Source: Anaerolineaceae bacterium
Lineage (GTDB): Bacteria; Bacillota; Clostridia; Lachnospirales; Lachnospiraceae
Direction: 5' to 3'
Length of the DNA: 54,284 bases
Assembly (NCBI GenBank): GCA_004294845.1
Contig: SHOH01000004.1
Location: 1 to 54,284 of the forward strand
The notes beneath the pieces were generated by a model. That model was not told where the DNA came from and did no database searches. It was given only the letters and a program-made list of their open reading frames with translations. Of the stretch, positions 40,030-50,478 are shown in pieces. The position numbers and the translations under genes were made by a program. Positions within the stretch are counted from its first letter, which is position 1. Each line of letters opens with the position of its first letter.

Positions 40030-41358
40030 CTACTTATCCTCACTAAAATCAAGGTACTTATCAAGGGCTTTTAATATTTCATCATCTTCCTCATATTCTT
40101 GCTTCGGACTGGCTATACTGATTTCACCCGCGACAGCATATTCGTTTTTAGCCGCATCCTTTTTCTTATGCTGAGATGCTCTTCCCAGATCCTTTGCTTT
40201 ATGATCCATCTTAACATTCCCAGTTTTCTGAATATTCTCGTTTTCCTGAATGTTTTCACTTTTCTGAATGTTTTCGCCCTCCTGAACACTCTTGGCTTCC
40301 TTAACATTCTTAGTCTCCTGAGCTTTCTCGGATTCCTTAAGGTCCTTAGCATTAGACTTTTTATTTTCCTGAGAATTCTTCTTAAGGTCACTGGTACTTA
40401 CCTGAGGCTTCTCGCCTTTGACAGTTCTGGCTTTACCAGAAGATTCCTTCTTGGGTTTTTCATCTTCTTCCTTTTTTAAAAACTCTTTCCAGTCAAATAC
40501 GGTATCTACAGAAGCTATAGCCACCTCTATCATATCATCATCAGGTTCCTTTGTTGTCAAAGCCTGCATCCATAATCCCGGTCTGCTCAATATGTCTACA
40601 ATCTTGCTTTCACTTCTTCCTGCCAAACGAATAAATTCATAAGATATTCCTGCTATAACCGGAACCAAGAGAATTCTTGACAGAATCCTTAAAGCCAAAG
40701 TCTCAGGTCGAAGAATCACAAAGAACACTAGACTTATCAACATAACCAGAAGCATGAAACTGGTACCGCAGCGCTTATGGGCTTTTGTTTGCCACTTAAC
40801 ATTTTCGAGTGTAAGCTCAAAACCATTTTCAAGGCAATTAATTGTTTTATGCTCAGCACCATGATACATAAAAACTCTTTTTATTTCCTTCATCTGAGAG
40901 GCTAAAACAATGTAACCGATAAATATAAAAAGTCTTAAGATACCCTCCATTAAGGATAGTAAGAAAATACTTTCAATCCATCTGGAAAATAAATTCGATA
41001 TTAAAACAGGCAAGACCATGAATAAGGATATGGAAATTGCAAGAGAAGCAACTACAGCTAGAACCATAAGTAAAGCATTAGTCTTTTCTGATACTTCTTT
41101 CTTCTCCTCTTCCTCTTCAAAAAAGCTTGCCGAAAAATTTAGTACCTTAATACCTATTACCATTGAATCAATAAAGGCAAGCATGCCTCTGAAAATTGGT
41201 AGCTTGAATAATTTCACCTTATCTGAAAAGTCCTTATGACTTTTCTTTTCTACAGTGATTTCATTGTTTGGTTTACGAACTGCTATGGCGTATTCATTCT
41301 TATTCTTCATCATAACGCCTTCAATAACAGCCATTCCCCCAATACCGGATGGTTTCAT
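40030..41358 (-). CDS. DUF1385 (YqhQ-like) membrane protein with charged C-terminal extension
   Basis: GG.AVIEGVMM, F.YHGAEHK, H.RCGTSF, PGL..Q.LTT.EP; located between rpmE and prmC. Confidence 0.9.
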   Translation of the reverse strand: MKPSGIGGMAVIEGVMMKNKNEYAIAVRKPNNEITVEKKSHKDFSDKVKLFKLPIFRGMLAFIDSMVIGIKVLNFSASFFEEEEEKKEVSEKTNALLMVLAVVASLAISISLFMVLPVLISNLFSRWIESIFLLSLMEGILRLFIFIGYIVLASQMKEIKRVFMYHGAEHKTINCLENGFELTLENVKWQTKAHKRCGTSFMLLVMLISLVFFVILRPETLALRILSRILLVPVIAGISYEFIRLAGRSESKIVDILSRPGLWMQALTTKEPDDDMIEVAIASVDTVFDWKEFLKKEEDEKPKKESSGKARTVKGEKPQVSTSDLKKNSQENKKSNAKDLKESEKAQETKNVKEAKSVQEGENIQKSENIQENENIQKTGNVKMDHKAKDLGRASQHKKKDAAKNEYAVAGEISIASPKQEYEEDDEILKALDKYLDFSEDK

Positions 41359-41434
41359 TTTTATCCCGAGCCTTTCTTGTGAATTTATTAAATAAAGCTT
41401 CAATTTCCTCTGGTGTATATAGTGTAAATAAATA

Positions 41435-41457
41435 GGTTGAGGAAATGAACCTCAACC
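41435..41457. terminator. Hairpin after rpmE
   Basis: ggttgagg/cctcaacc 8-bp stem. Confidence 0.6.
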
Positions 41458-41484
41458 CGATTTTTAATGCTCTATAAAAGTACT

Positions 41485-41697
41485 CTAATTTTCGTCCTGT
41501 TTAATACCATATCTACGGTTGAACTTCTCAATCGCTCCACGGGCTGCAGCAGTCTTCTGCTGACCTGTATAAAATGAATGGCATTTGGAACAAATCTCAA
41601 CACGAATTTCTTCTTTGGTTGAGCCTGTAACAAATTCATTTCCACAGTTGCATGCTACCTTTGCCTGAAAATATTTGGGATGGACTTCTGTTTTCAT
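41485..41697 (-). CDS. rpmE: 50S ribosomal protein L31 (zinc-binding type)
   Basis: MK..VHP.Y....V.CNCGN.F.TGST....[12 protein letters not shown]. Confidence 0.98.
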   Translation of the reverse strand: MKTEVHPKYFQAKVACNCGNEFVTGSTKEEIRVEICSKCHSFYTGQQKTAAARGAIEKFNRRYGIKQDEN

Positions 41698-41783
41698 GAT
41701 TTCACCTCTTCACTACTAAATCTTCTAATATTGGTCTATATATAATCTATCTATAATAAGTCCAACTTATGAACAGCTTATTA

Positions 41784-41812
41784 ATTATAGCATAGTAGTT
41801 TTTTCTTTGCAA
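41784..41812 (-). promoter_or_regulatory. sigmaA promoter of rpmE
   Basis: TTGCAA-17 bp-TATAAT with an extended -10 TG. Confidence 0.75.
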
Positions 41813-41854
41813 TACCCAAAAGACAAATTTGACCTTTTTGATGTAAACAATAAT

Positions 41855-41901
41855 ACAACGGGCTGGTACTAAATTATCAAGCGATACCAACCCGCTGTTG
41901 T
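41855..41901 (-). terminator. Probable terminator of the ARH operon
   Basis: acaacgggctggta/taccaacccgctgttgt imperfect stem. Confidence 0.55.
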
Positions 41902-41962
41902 TTCAATAATATTCAATTGTATTTATTATTACCTAATATATTATTGTTGTACATATGTTTTT

Positions 41963-43411
41963 TTACTTTACAGTAACTCCAAGATATTTACTACGAATAG
42001 TCAGTCCACCGGCATTAGGAAATAGGGGCGTTCTGTCTTCCTTGACTAAGGAGCCGTCATCAATAGCAGATGCAACTTCCTGTCCGTCAATCTTAACTGT
42101 TATTGTAACCTTTGTATCATCTTCATTATTCTGTAATGTTATTTCAAAATCGTGGAGTTGGCCATCTTCCATAGGCCAATCAAATTCACCAAATGCATCA
42201 TCATATCCTGAACGACCCATAAAGAAGGTACTCATATCACCCCAAGACATTAGGGTATATCCTGTCTGTCCCTCTGTAAAACCTACATCTGCCAGAGATG
42301 ATCTTAAAAGACACATAAACTCAGAATCCCACCAGGTGCCTGCATCCATAGACACATCTCCAAATTCAGTAAACTGAAGAGAGAATTTAAAGGTTGTATT
42401 TTTACCTTCCTCTATCAGTCTAACAGCAGTAGCTTTTCCGGCTTCTGCAGAATTCAACACTAGGCTATCACCTGCTAAAGTATAATCTCCTCCATCGCTC
42501 TCCCATTTTGATGCATCAGCTAAGTAATCTGCAACTACGATTTCCTGACGATCTATAAACTGGGAATCATCATTACCGGATGATGTTTGCGAAGCAGCGT
42601 CAAAGCCTCTTATTTCTGCACCTAAATATTTCGCGCGAAGTGTTATACCACCGGGTTCGGGATATAGAGAAGGACGTTCTTTCTTTATCTGTGTTCCGTC
42701 ATCAACAGTAGATACAATTTCTACACCATCAATAACAACCTTTAAAGCTACTTGTGTATTGTCCTCATTGTTTACCGCTGTAAATTCAATAGTATGTGGC
42801 TTTCCATCTCCAAGTGGCCAATCATAGGTTCCTAAGAAATCATCGTAGCCTGAGCGTCCCAAAGCAAACTTAGTCATGTCACCCCAAGAGGATATGCAAT
42901 ATCCCGCTTGGCCATCGATTCCCTCTACGAATGCAGAGCCTGCAAAATTCGAACGTAGTAATAGTAAGAATTCAGCATCCCACCATGTACCAGCATCTTC
43001 TGTAAGGTCCTTTGGAATATCAGTTAATTGTACGGTAAGTTTAGCTGTTATGTCTTGGAATTCACCCGGTAACCTAACAGCAGCAAAATCACCATAATAT
43101 GCATTGTCAAAATACAATGTATTATTTTTTATACTATAATCACCGCCGTCATCTTCCCATATGGATGGGTCCCCGAGGTAATCTGCCAAATCAACTTCTG
43201 TTGGCTCTTTAAATGCTCCTGTTACTGTCTCGGTAATATCGTCTTCTTTTTTCGGAGCTTCTGTTGGAGCTTCTGTTGGTGCCTCTGTCGGTTTCTCCGC
43301 AGCTTTCGTAGGTTCATTCCCACTATCCTTATTATCCTTTTTGCTGCATGCTGAAAATACAAGTGTCAAAACCAATAGTATACTCAGCAAAGTCATTATT
43401 CTTTTTTTCAT
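41963..43411 (-). CDS. Lipoprotein with two tandem ~200-aa homologous beta-rich domains
   Basis: Lipobox FSA-C, PTEA linker; duplicated motifs (LADYL.D.S.WE.DGGDY, AGTWWD.EF, GQ.GY...SWGDM..F..GRSGYDD, IDG.E....DDG, G.T.R.KYLG). Confidence 0.88.
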   Translation of the reverse strand: MKKRIMTLLSILLVLTLVFSACSKKDNKDSGNEPTKAAEKPTEAPTEAPTEAPKKEDDITETVTGAFKEPTEVDLADYLGDPSIWEDDGGDYSIKNNTLYFDNAYYGDFAAVRLPGEFQDITAKLTVQLTDIPKDLTEDAGTWWDAEFLLLLRSNFAGSAFVEGIDGQAGYCISSWGDMTKFALGRSGYDDFLGTYDWPLGDGKPHTIEFTAVNNEDNTQVALKVVIDGVEIVSTVDDGTQIKKERPSLYPEPGGITLRAKYLGAEIRGFDAASQTSSGNDDSQFIDRQEIVVADYLADASKWESDGGDYTLAGDSLVLNSAEAGKATAVRLIEEGKNTTFKFSLQFTEFGDVSMDAGTWWDSEFMCLLRSSLADVGFTEGQTGYTLMSWGDMSTFFMGRSGYDDAFGEFDWPMEDGQLHDFEITLQNNEDDTKVTITVKIDGQEVASAIDDGSLVKEDRTPLFPNAGGLTIRSKYLGVTVK

Positions 43412-43475
43412 AGTGTAGACCCCTTTCCTCTTTTCGGCTATCTGCCATTTTTTTATTGTTAATTCATTTTGAATT

Positions 43476-45575
43476 TTAACTGGTTAAAACATTTATGCTC
43501 TTGCTTATGATGGTACCTTTCATTTCCTGATACAAGCCTATCATTCCATAATCAAAGGTATGATCTTTAACCGATAATACTTCCTTCCCATCGATATATA
43601 GAGTTAAATTGCTACCACTTACAACCGTCTTAAGCTTATATTCAACATCCCATTGCCAATCATATTTTGCCTTTGCCAATACGGTAGTACCATAATTTTT
43701 ACAGCATATCTCAACTTCACCCTGTTTACCAAAACCTAGTAAGTATCCTCGTTCTGCTCCCTGCCCTCTAAGTATTATTCCTTTATGCTCTCCACTAACA
43801 GGTGTCAATAAAGCCTCAACGATTATATCCTTAGCATAATAATTACCTGTAAATATTTGACCTTCACCTTCAGAATGAATATAAAGCATTCCATTTTTTA
43901 ATTCACCCTTGCATTGATTCAATGAAAATGGTGTAATTTGAGCAAATTCCTCTGTTTGGATTGACATGTCGATAGCATATTTGCTATCACCGGTTACCGT
44001 AAAATCATCCAAGAACAGACGGCCAAACACCCTGCTTTTTGTGTCCTCTGAAGTCTTAATCAGAAAACCAAGCTCTGCGATCTGGTCTCCATCTGTATCA
44101 GGAACTACAAATTCTACCGAATTCCATTGTCCCGCTATTAGCTTAATATCATCAGCAAATAAGTATCGGTCCCTCATAGCGGTTCTTATGTAAGGTTTAA
44201 TAATAATCTCACCTTCCAGCCATAACTCTAAATAAAGCTGATAGGAGACTTTTTGATTGCAATTAACAGTAGGTGAAAATACAGGCTTATAACGCTCATC
44301 GTTAAAATCATCTCTTCTATAAAAGGGTTTATAATATACACGACATTGATCCTCCGGTAAAATTCTATCCAGAATGATTTCCAAACTACCCTTACTCTTA
44401 TATGCTCGCTCTTTGGAATGACGCTTCATAAACCGGATTTCATTGGACAATCGAATCCCATGGGTAGAACCTGGTAATTCAAAATCAAAAAGTATATCTC
44501 CATTCCCGGGTCTCTTAATATCCTCAGGATAAGCTTCGCCCCGTAGCTCATAGGCAATTGCCGCCATCTCTTTTATATAGGTAGGAATATCAAGTATATT
44601 TAGATATCCGGATATACCAGAGGTTATTATTACATCATTAATAGGATCGATATAATCCTTTCTTATTCCCGACAGATTATATAAAACACCGGCGATACTT
44701 CCAACATTCCCTGCATTACAATCAGTATCCCATCCGCACATTGACGCTATTTCAACAATCCGGTTAAAATTTCCCTGTCCATATAATAATGACAACACGC
44801 ATACTCCTGCATTCGGGATGATGTGGCATACTCCACCGTATTTGTCATAGCCCCAATTCTCTATTAAATATCTCATACAGGCTCTAAAATCCTGCGGATG
44901 TACTTTGTGAAACTCTCTAACAGCCATAACAACCTTAGCATAAGTAGAGTCCCGGGGTATATGTGCCAAGCCGGTGTCAATTACCTCATCCATTGATGTC
45001 GCTATAAATGCTTGTGCTATACAGGCTGCCATAAATGCTGCTCCGTAAAGACCGTTACCGTCATGGGATACACTGGCAGCTTTCATTGCATATTCGGCAG
45101 CCTTTGCTGGATTACCGGGCCATATAAATCCCCAGGTATCTATAAATATTTGACCACCTATCTGTTCTGCCAATATAATGCCGTTTTGCTTAATACTTCC
45201 TGACTCAGGAGCTATTATGCCCTTCTTTAAATTATCATAAGCTGTATGCTCAGTACTTACACCGTTGCCGCCCCACCAAAACATACCGATACCGTTTCTA
45301 GTATAATTTAGCCATGCCTTACCTATGGCATCCGGTGTCATTTCATTATTTACTCCATTGTCAGTTAATCCTCTAAGAAAATATACCGGACCGTTAACAT
45401 CGTCATCAGCAGCAAAGTTCTTAAAATTCTTAAGATAACCGTTGATATCACCATAAACGGAGGCAATCCTATCGAAGTCCCAAGCAACCGGTTCAACAGG
45501 CGCACCTAATCGGATTCCGATATTCATTCCTAAAAAACCTGCATATAATTTATTGATATAATCCATTTTTTTCAT
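43476..45575 (-). CDS. ADP-ribosylglycohydrolase family protein with extra C-terminal beta domains
   Basis: G...G.RLGAPVE, ADDD, STEH, EQIGGQIF.D, ASVSHDG, GWDTDCNAGNVG; no signal peptide. Confidence 0.88.
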   Translation of the reverse strand: MKKMDYINKLYAGFLGMNIGIRLGAPVEPVAWDFDRIASVYGDINGYLKNFKNFAADDDVNGPVYFLRGLTDNGVNNEMTPDAIGKAWLNYTRNGIGMFWWGGNGVSTEHTAYDNLKKGIIAPESGSIKQNGIILAEQIGGQIFIDTWGFIWPGNPAKAAEYAMKAASVSHDGNGLYGAAFMAACIAQAFIATSMDEVIDTGLAHIPRDSTYAKVVMAVREFHKVHPQDFRACMRYLIENWGYDKYGGVCHIIPNAGVCVLSLLYGQGNFNRIVEIASMCGWDTDCNAGNVGSIAGVLYNLSGIRKDYIDPINDVIITSGISGYLNILDIPTYIKEMAAIAYELRGEAYPEDIKRPGNGDILFDFELPGSTHGIRLSNEIRFMKRHSKERAYKSKGSLEIILDRILPEDQCRVYYKPFYRRDDFNDERYKPVFSPTVNCNQKVSYQLYLELWLEGEIIIKPYIRTAMRDRYLFADDIKLIAGQWNSVEFVVPDTDGDQIAELGFLIKTSEDTKSRVFGRLFLDDFTVTGDSKYAIDMSIQTEEFAQITPFSLNQCKGELKNGMLYIHSEGEGQIFTGNYYAKDIIVEALLTPVSGEHKGIILRGQGAERGYLLGFGKQGEVEICCKNYGTTVLAKAKYDWQWDVEYKLKTVVSGSNLTLYIDGKEVLSVKDHTFDYGMIGLYQEMKGTIISKSINVLTS

Positions 45576-45587
45576 GCTTTCATCCTT

Positions 45588-46574
45588 TTACTGAATTAAA
45601 TCACTTAATTGCCCGGCGACTCCTCGTATCGTCAAATCTTTAGTAAAATGGAGACATGTGCCGGTAGGGTTTCCTACTTTATCAATCCAGCCTTCGGGTA
45701 TAACAGAGGCTCCTCCTCTGGCTCCCAAAAGCGAACCTACAATTGCCGATAAAGTATCTGCATCTCTACCGAAATTTCCACCAAGGAACATACCAAGGCG
45801 AAAATCTCCTTTGGCTAATAAAAATGTTCCGAATGCCTGAACTACAGTCTCGGCTACTGCTGCCTTATATTCACATCGCAGTTCATCATGAAGTGGCATC
45901 CAGCAATTCATATAGTTATAATTTCCTCGTTCCAGCAGGTTTAGCATCACATCAAAATTATGCTTTAGCCAAGTATCCTCCGGGACGTAGCGCAGTGCAA
46001 TATCAATTATTTCTTCATCTGTTGCATCAACCATAGATGCCGCTACTGCTGCCGCAACGGCTTGCGCTGCCCATACACCCTCTCTGTTATGGCTCACCTC
46101 TGCATCGATCTTAGCAAGTGCCGCTGCCCTCTCAATATCTCCTGCACATACAATACCAATTGGAGGCACACGCATTGCTGCTCCATCACTCATAGAATAA
46201 GCATTATATAGACCTGTGTAAGGAGAATGTAAACCCTTTTTTAGGTTCGCAGCTGCTTCTCTTTCACTGGCACCACCTCTTGGGAATTCCTCTTGAGTAA
46301 TAATATAGGTCTTCCATCCTTCCTCAAAGTCTGCTGAGCTTGGATTGCCATAATGATCTATTAACATTTTTGCAGTAAAAAGAGCAAATTCAGTATCGTC
46401 TGTACTCCAGGATTTCCCCTTGGTAAAATCTGTAATCATTCCGTAATCCAGGTGGTTTTCCGGTTTTCTTCCTGCATCACCAAAGGAATCCCCTATTGCC
46501 AGGCCTGCCAGTGCCCCAAGAGCCTTTTCCTCTCTTAATTGCTGATTATTGATTAAATCATTTCTTGTTATCAT
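45588..46574 (-). CDS. ADP-ribosylglycohydrolase family protein
   Basis: GLAIGDS.G, STDDTE, SDGAAMR..P.G, DAEVSH, GRDADT..AI.G.L.GA; start at 46574 (SD AAAGGA) or 46613. Confidence 0.92.
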   Translation of the reverse strand: MITRNDLINNQQLREEKALGALAGLAIGDSFGDAGRKPENHLDYGMITDFTKGKSWSTDDTEFALFTAKMLIDHYGNPSSADFEEGWKTYIITQEEFPRGGASEREAAANLKKGLHSPYTGLYNAYSMSDGAAMRVPPIGIVCAGDIERAAALAKIDAEVSHNREGVWAAQAVAAAVAASMVDATDEEIIDIALRYVPEDTWLKHNFDVMLNLLERGNYNYMNCWMPLHDELRCEYKAAVAETVVQAFGTFLLAKGDFRLGMFLGGNFGRDADTLSAIVGSLLGARGGASVIPEGWIDKVGNPTGTCLHFTKDLTIRGVAGQLSDLIQ

Positions 46575-46613
46575 ATGGTTTCCTTTCTTTATAGCTTTCT
46601 TTATAGCTTTCAT

Positions 46614-47717
46614 TTACTCCATTCTGTCCTTTAGATTATAAGATAGAAGCCATTCATATAAATCAGGTCTGGCATATGCAGGAGTCCAGGTATCATGAGA
46701 TAAAAACGGATATACCGTAAGCTTAAAATACTCATGCTCTTGTTGATATAATTTAGCAACAATGCTATTAACATTTTCAAATGCTACTGTTGAATCTAAA
46801 GCACCATGAAATATCCACACAGGCAAGTCTAAGATTTCAGAAAAATCATATGAATTCGTTCTTCCACACACAACCGCTATTGCCGCAAAAATATCAGGCA
46901 TTGCCAATGCTTGCTTCCAGGTACCTCTGCCTCCCATAGATAAACCTGTGAGATACATTCTGTCTGTGTCAATATTGAATTTTTCTGCGTTTTCCCATAT
47001 AAATGCTTCTAGCCTTGGTTCCTCGTCATTAGTATCTGCCCAATGGGACTCAGCAGGACACTGGGGAGCTATCATTATGGCCTCTAGACCGCCGTTTTCT
47101 TTGATGTATTTCGGAACACCATAATTCAGTAATTCTGAAAGATCATTTCCCCTTTCACCTATTCCGTGTAAGAAATAGATTACAGGCCATTTCACCTCTT
47201 TATTTGTTGGATCATAACTATCAGGTAAATATAAAACGTAATTGTAATATTCACTTTGGTCATAAACCAGCTCTAACATATCCTCGTCTTGAGACTTTGA
47301 TACCTTAGATATTTCCCGGTTTCCCACTAATGTTTCCATGGATATCTTTGTACCTAAAAATGTATAGGTGATTTCAGTTAGCCGTCCTCTGATATTACTT
47401 GTCAATTCCATTGCCAATTCATTGTATTCATATCCCTTAGGTATACTCCCTGTATCCCTATCAGGATAAAGCTTAGCAAACACATCTACTTTGAGGTCCT
47501 GCTTTGTTTGATCATTGGAGATTTCTACTAAAGGATCAGGTTCGATTTTTTCTGTATCTTCTATTTCGTTTTCTTCAGGCTTAGTCGGCTCAGGCGTAAC
47601 TATATTCTGATCTGAATCCATATTCGTACCCCCTATTTCATTTTCTTTATCCGTAGAACATCCGAATAAAATAACAGATATACTTAATAAAATTAAAATA
47701 AAAGACTTTATTTTCAA
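46614..47717 (-). CDS. Lipoprotein alpha/beta serine hydrolase (esterase/peptidase-like)
   Basis: Lipobox LFG-C; FLHG.GERG, APQCP, YLTGLSMGG (GxSxG), W.FHG..D..V, H..W...Y. Confidence 0.88.
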   Translation of the reverse strand: MKIKSFILILLSISVILFGCSTDKENEIGGTNMDSDQNIVTPEPTKPEENEIEDTEKIEPDPLVEISNDQTKQDLKVDVFAKLYPDRDTGSIPKGYEYNELAMELTSNIRGRLTEITYTFLGTKISMETLVGNREISKVSKSQDEDMLELVYDQSEYYNYVLYLPDSYDPTNKEVKWPVIYFLHGIGERGNDLSELLNYGVPKYIKENGGLEAIMIAPQCPAESHWADTNDEEPRLEAFIWENAEKFNIDTDRMYLTGLSMGGRGTWKQALAMPDIFAAIAVVCGRTNSYDFSEILDLPVWIFHGALDSTVAFENVNSIVAKLYQQEHEYFKLTVYPFLSHDTWTPAYARPDLYEWLLSYNLKDRME

Positions 47718-47741
47718 CGATTCCCTCCTGCCTATAGCCTA

Positions 47742-49460
47742 TTATCGTTTTTCATTTATTTGACGGTTAATTTCCTTCTCCCATGCTTCTATACCATATG
47801 CATTGACCTTATCTACTGTTTCATAATAAAGCGCTCTGGATGCCTCTTCGCTTTCTGCCATTATTATAAGATTTATTTGGTCCTTTATTATGGATGCACA
47901 TTTTGCAGCAGCTATTGCCGCTTCTGTTTCGGCCTCCATGATAATATCTACTTCAGAGAAATCGTTATAAAATGTTCCTTTCCAGTCCTCATGCCAATTG
48001 AACTGCGGATCTTGTTTAATAATTGCATCACGTTCATCTATCCCTGCCTCAGAGGAATAATAAGGTGCAAATCTAGAAAATGCAGGCTGTCCGTCCCTTG
48101 TATAGGTAGGGAAATTAATAACCGAGTAGAGTGAACGGATACCACGAGATTTATTATAATCCGCACTTGCCGATATCTTAGCGTCAATTTCATCATTGAT
48201 ATCTCTTACACCATCATTTATAACGTAATCTTCCCCTTCTATACCCCAGCCATGCAGAACTAACCCTTCATCCGAATACAGATATTCCAATAATCTTGCT
48301 ATACGATTTGCATAGGGTGAAGTACTCATAATCATAAATGCTTTTCCACCGGTATAAGCTGCATTATATTGATAAACCTTGTCAACCCCTTCAGCTTTCA
48401 TCTGCTGAGGAATATATATTATCTCACTTGTCTTTTCATTTGCTTTTAATGCTTTGTTTACCTCATAGATAGGATAGAAATTTCCTACAAATGAGAACAC
48501 CTTAGCTTTATTCATCTGACGGATAAACTGGTCATAGCTTTGTACTGTAGCATCCTCATAAATATAACCTTCTCGGTAGAGCTTATTCATAAAGAGCAGC
48601 CATTCTAGGGAATCCTCTGCCTTAAGACCATAGGTATAGTTTGTTCCGTCCTTAGTAACATAAAGACCTCCCTTATAATTGCACTTATACCCATACATGG
48701 CTAATCCAGCCCATAGTATGTCTCCTGCGCTATCCTTATCCATTGATAAAGCATAATATCCATCTTCAGAAGAGTATGTTTGTTGATATGCATCAAGAGC
48801 TTCCTTCAGTTCTTGAAAGTTTGTTATCCTTTTTCCATATACTTCATTGACCAAAGGATATTGAACATATAATGTGCTATGCCATGGAAGCTCATCCTGT
48901 GCCCTATTTGGATCGGCTGCATCCTCAGGATGAATTTCACCTTCTCTTACTAAATCAGCATTTTCTGTTATATATTTTAAAGTACCATCATCTTCTTGAA
49001 ACATTTCTATAAGACTTGAATTCATTTCATATACGGTTGGAGCATATTTCTTAAAGAGTGGTGCTAAGTCTACGACATCCCCAGTTTCTAGATAGTCATA
49101 AAACGTGCTGTCTCTCTTGATAACCATAACATCCGGATATTCACGTGATGCCATCATCATCTGCAATTGATCCGATTCAACCCCTACAATTTCTACCTTT
49201 GTTCCAGTTCTATTAGCAATTTCAGTTAATATCGGACTATTACTTTCAGGTGGGCTTGTCATGTCAGCAACCATGATTGAAATAGTAATCGGATTTTGCC
49301 TGTCTAACTCTTGTAGTTCTTCAAATGACATGTTTTCCTCATTCTCATAAGTCTTCTGCTCGACCTTATCTTGCTTTGAGCATGCTACCATAAAGTATGT
49401 AGATAGCAAGAATAGAACTGTAAGCATTATTAAGGTCCTATTAACTCTTTTCATATTCAT
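47742..49460 (-). CDS. Carbohydrate ABC transporter substrate-binding lipoprotein (LplA-like)
   Basis: Lipobox MVA-C; MMAS..YPD, F.NKLYREG.I, WGIEG.DY; next to two permease genes. Confidence 0.9.
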   Translation of the reverse strand: MNMKRVNRTLIMLTVLFLLSTYFMVACSKQDKVEQKTYENEENMSFEELQELDRQNPITISIMVADMTSPPESNSPILTEIANRTGTKVEIVGVESDQLQMMMASREYPDVMVIKRDSTFYDYLETGDVVDLAPLFKKYAPTVYEMNSSLIEMFQEDDGTLKYITENADLVREGEIHPEDAADPNRAQDELPWHSTLYVQYPLVNEVYGKRITNFQELKEALDAYQQTYSSEDGYYALSMDKDSAGDILWAGLAMYGYKCNYKGGLYVTKDGTNYTYGLKAEDSLEWLLFMNKLYREGYIYEDATVQSYDQFIRQMNKAKVFSFVGNFYPIYEVNKALKANEKTSEIIYIPQQMKAEGVDKVYQYNAAYTGGKAFMIMSTSPYANRIARLLEYLYSDEGLVLHGWGIEGEDYVINDGVRDINDEIDAKISASADYNKSRGIRSLYSVINFPTYTRDGQPAFSRFAPYYSSEAGIDERDAIIKQDPQFNWHEDWKGTFYNDFSEVDIIMEAETEAAIAAAKCASIIKDQINLIIMAESEEASRALYYETVDKVNAYGIEAWEKEINRQINEKR

Positions 49461-49499
49461 CCTCCATTCTTATAATGCCTTTTGCTATATAACAACATC

Positions 49500-50429
49500 C
49501 TATCCCTTCATAGAGCCTACCATTATGCCCTTCATAAAATACTTTTGAAGAAAGGGATAAACACATATAATTGGAACTACAGTTATGACTGTAATGGCCA
49601 TTCTTAGGGAAAGTGGATCGGCCATAACCGCGTCTCCATGAAAGAGCTCAAACATTGTGGCACGGTCAATCATCTTTGCCCCTTCGGCTTTCTTAATCAT
49701 CTCCATACAAATATATTGAAGTGTTCGTAAAGACTTATTAGTAGTATAATACAATGTATCCCTGTATGAATTCCATTGATATACGGCAGCATATAAGCCA
49801 ACTGTTGCAAAAATCGGTTTAGATACAGGCATTAAAATCCCAAAAAATACTCTAATATCATTAGCACCATCCACCTTAGCAGCTTCTAATAATTCTCCCG
49901 GTACCGACCTAAAGTATGTTCTAAACAGTACAACATACCATAAATTTATTATATAGGGAACGATATAAACCAAAAAATTGTTATACAAACCTAGATTAAG
50001 GTATAGCATATAGGTAGGGATTAAACCTCCGCCACCAAAGAACATTGCAAAAAAGAAAAATGCTTTTAGTGGTTTGTATAGCAAGAAGTCACTTCGTGTG
50101 AACAAATATGCAAACAATGATGAAAACAATACGGTCAATGTAGTGCCAATAACAGTTCTGGCTACACTTATAAAGGTTGCATATAATAATTCGCTTTCCT
50201 GTAAAATAATTTTATAGCTTTCAAAAGATAATACTCTTGGAATAAGCCAAATTCCACCTAATTCTGTATCAATAGGATCATTCAGGGATATCGCCAAAAC
50301 ATATATAAACGGATAAAGCATTGATATACCTACTATAATCAGAATTACCATCAGTATTCCTTCAAATAGTTTATCTCCATTGATCTTAATACGCTTACGA
50401 CTTATTGCAGTCGTCTTTCCTTCTTTCAT
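49500..50429 (-). CDS. Carbohydrate ABC transporter permease (LplC-like)
   Basis: GGLIPTY, ELLEAAKVDGA, QWN, YPFLQKYF.KG...GS.KG. Confidence 0.95.
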   Translation of the reverse strand: MKEGKTTAISRKRIKINGDKLFEGILMVILIIVGISMLYPFIYVLAISLNDPIDTELGGIWLIPRVLSFESYKIILQESELLYATFISVARTVIGTTLTVLFSSLFAYLFTRSDFLLYKPLKAFFFFAMFFGGGGLIPTYMLYLNLGLYNNFLVYIVPYIINLWYVVLFRTYFRSVPGELLEAAKVDGANDIRVFFGILMPVSKPIFATVGLYAAVYQWNSYRDTLYYTTNKSLRTLQYICMEMIKKAEGAKMIDRATMFELFHGDAVMADPLSLRMAITVITVVPIICVYPFLQKYFMKGIMVGSMKG

Positions 50430-50478
50430 TTTTGATCCATTACCTCCTCGCTATCCACGTTATAAGCATCTGACTGTT

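Noticed and set aside
46584-46611. 12-bp tandem duplication tttctttatagc near the ARH start
   Set aside because: A short slippage-type duplication; it only creates ambiguity between starts 46613 and 46574.
43476-46613. ARH genes as antitoxins or a DraT/DraG nitrogenase switch
   Set aside because: No ADP-ribosyltransferase, polymorphic toxin or nif genes are in the window, and the context is nutrient import.
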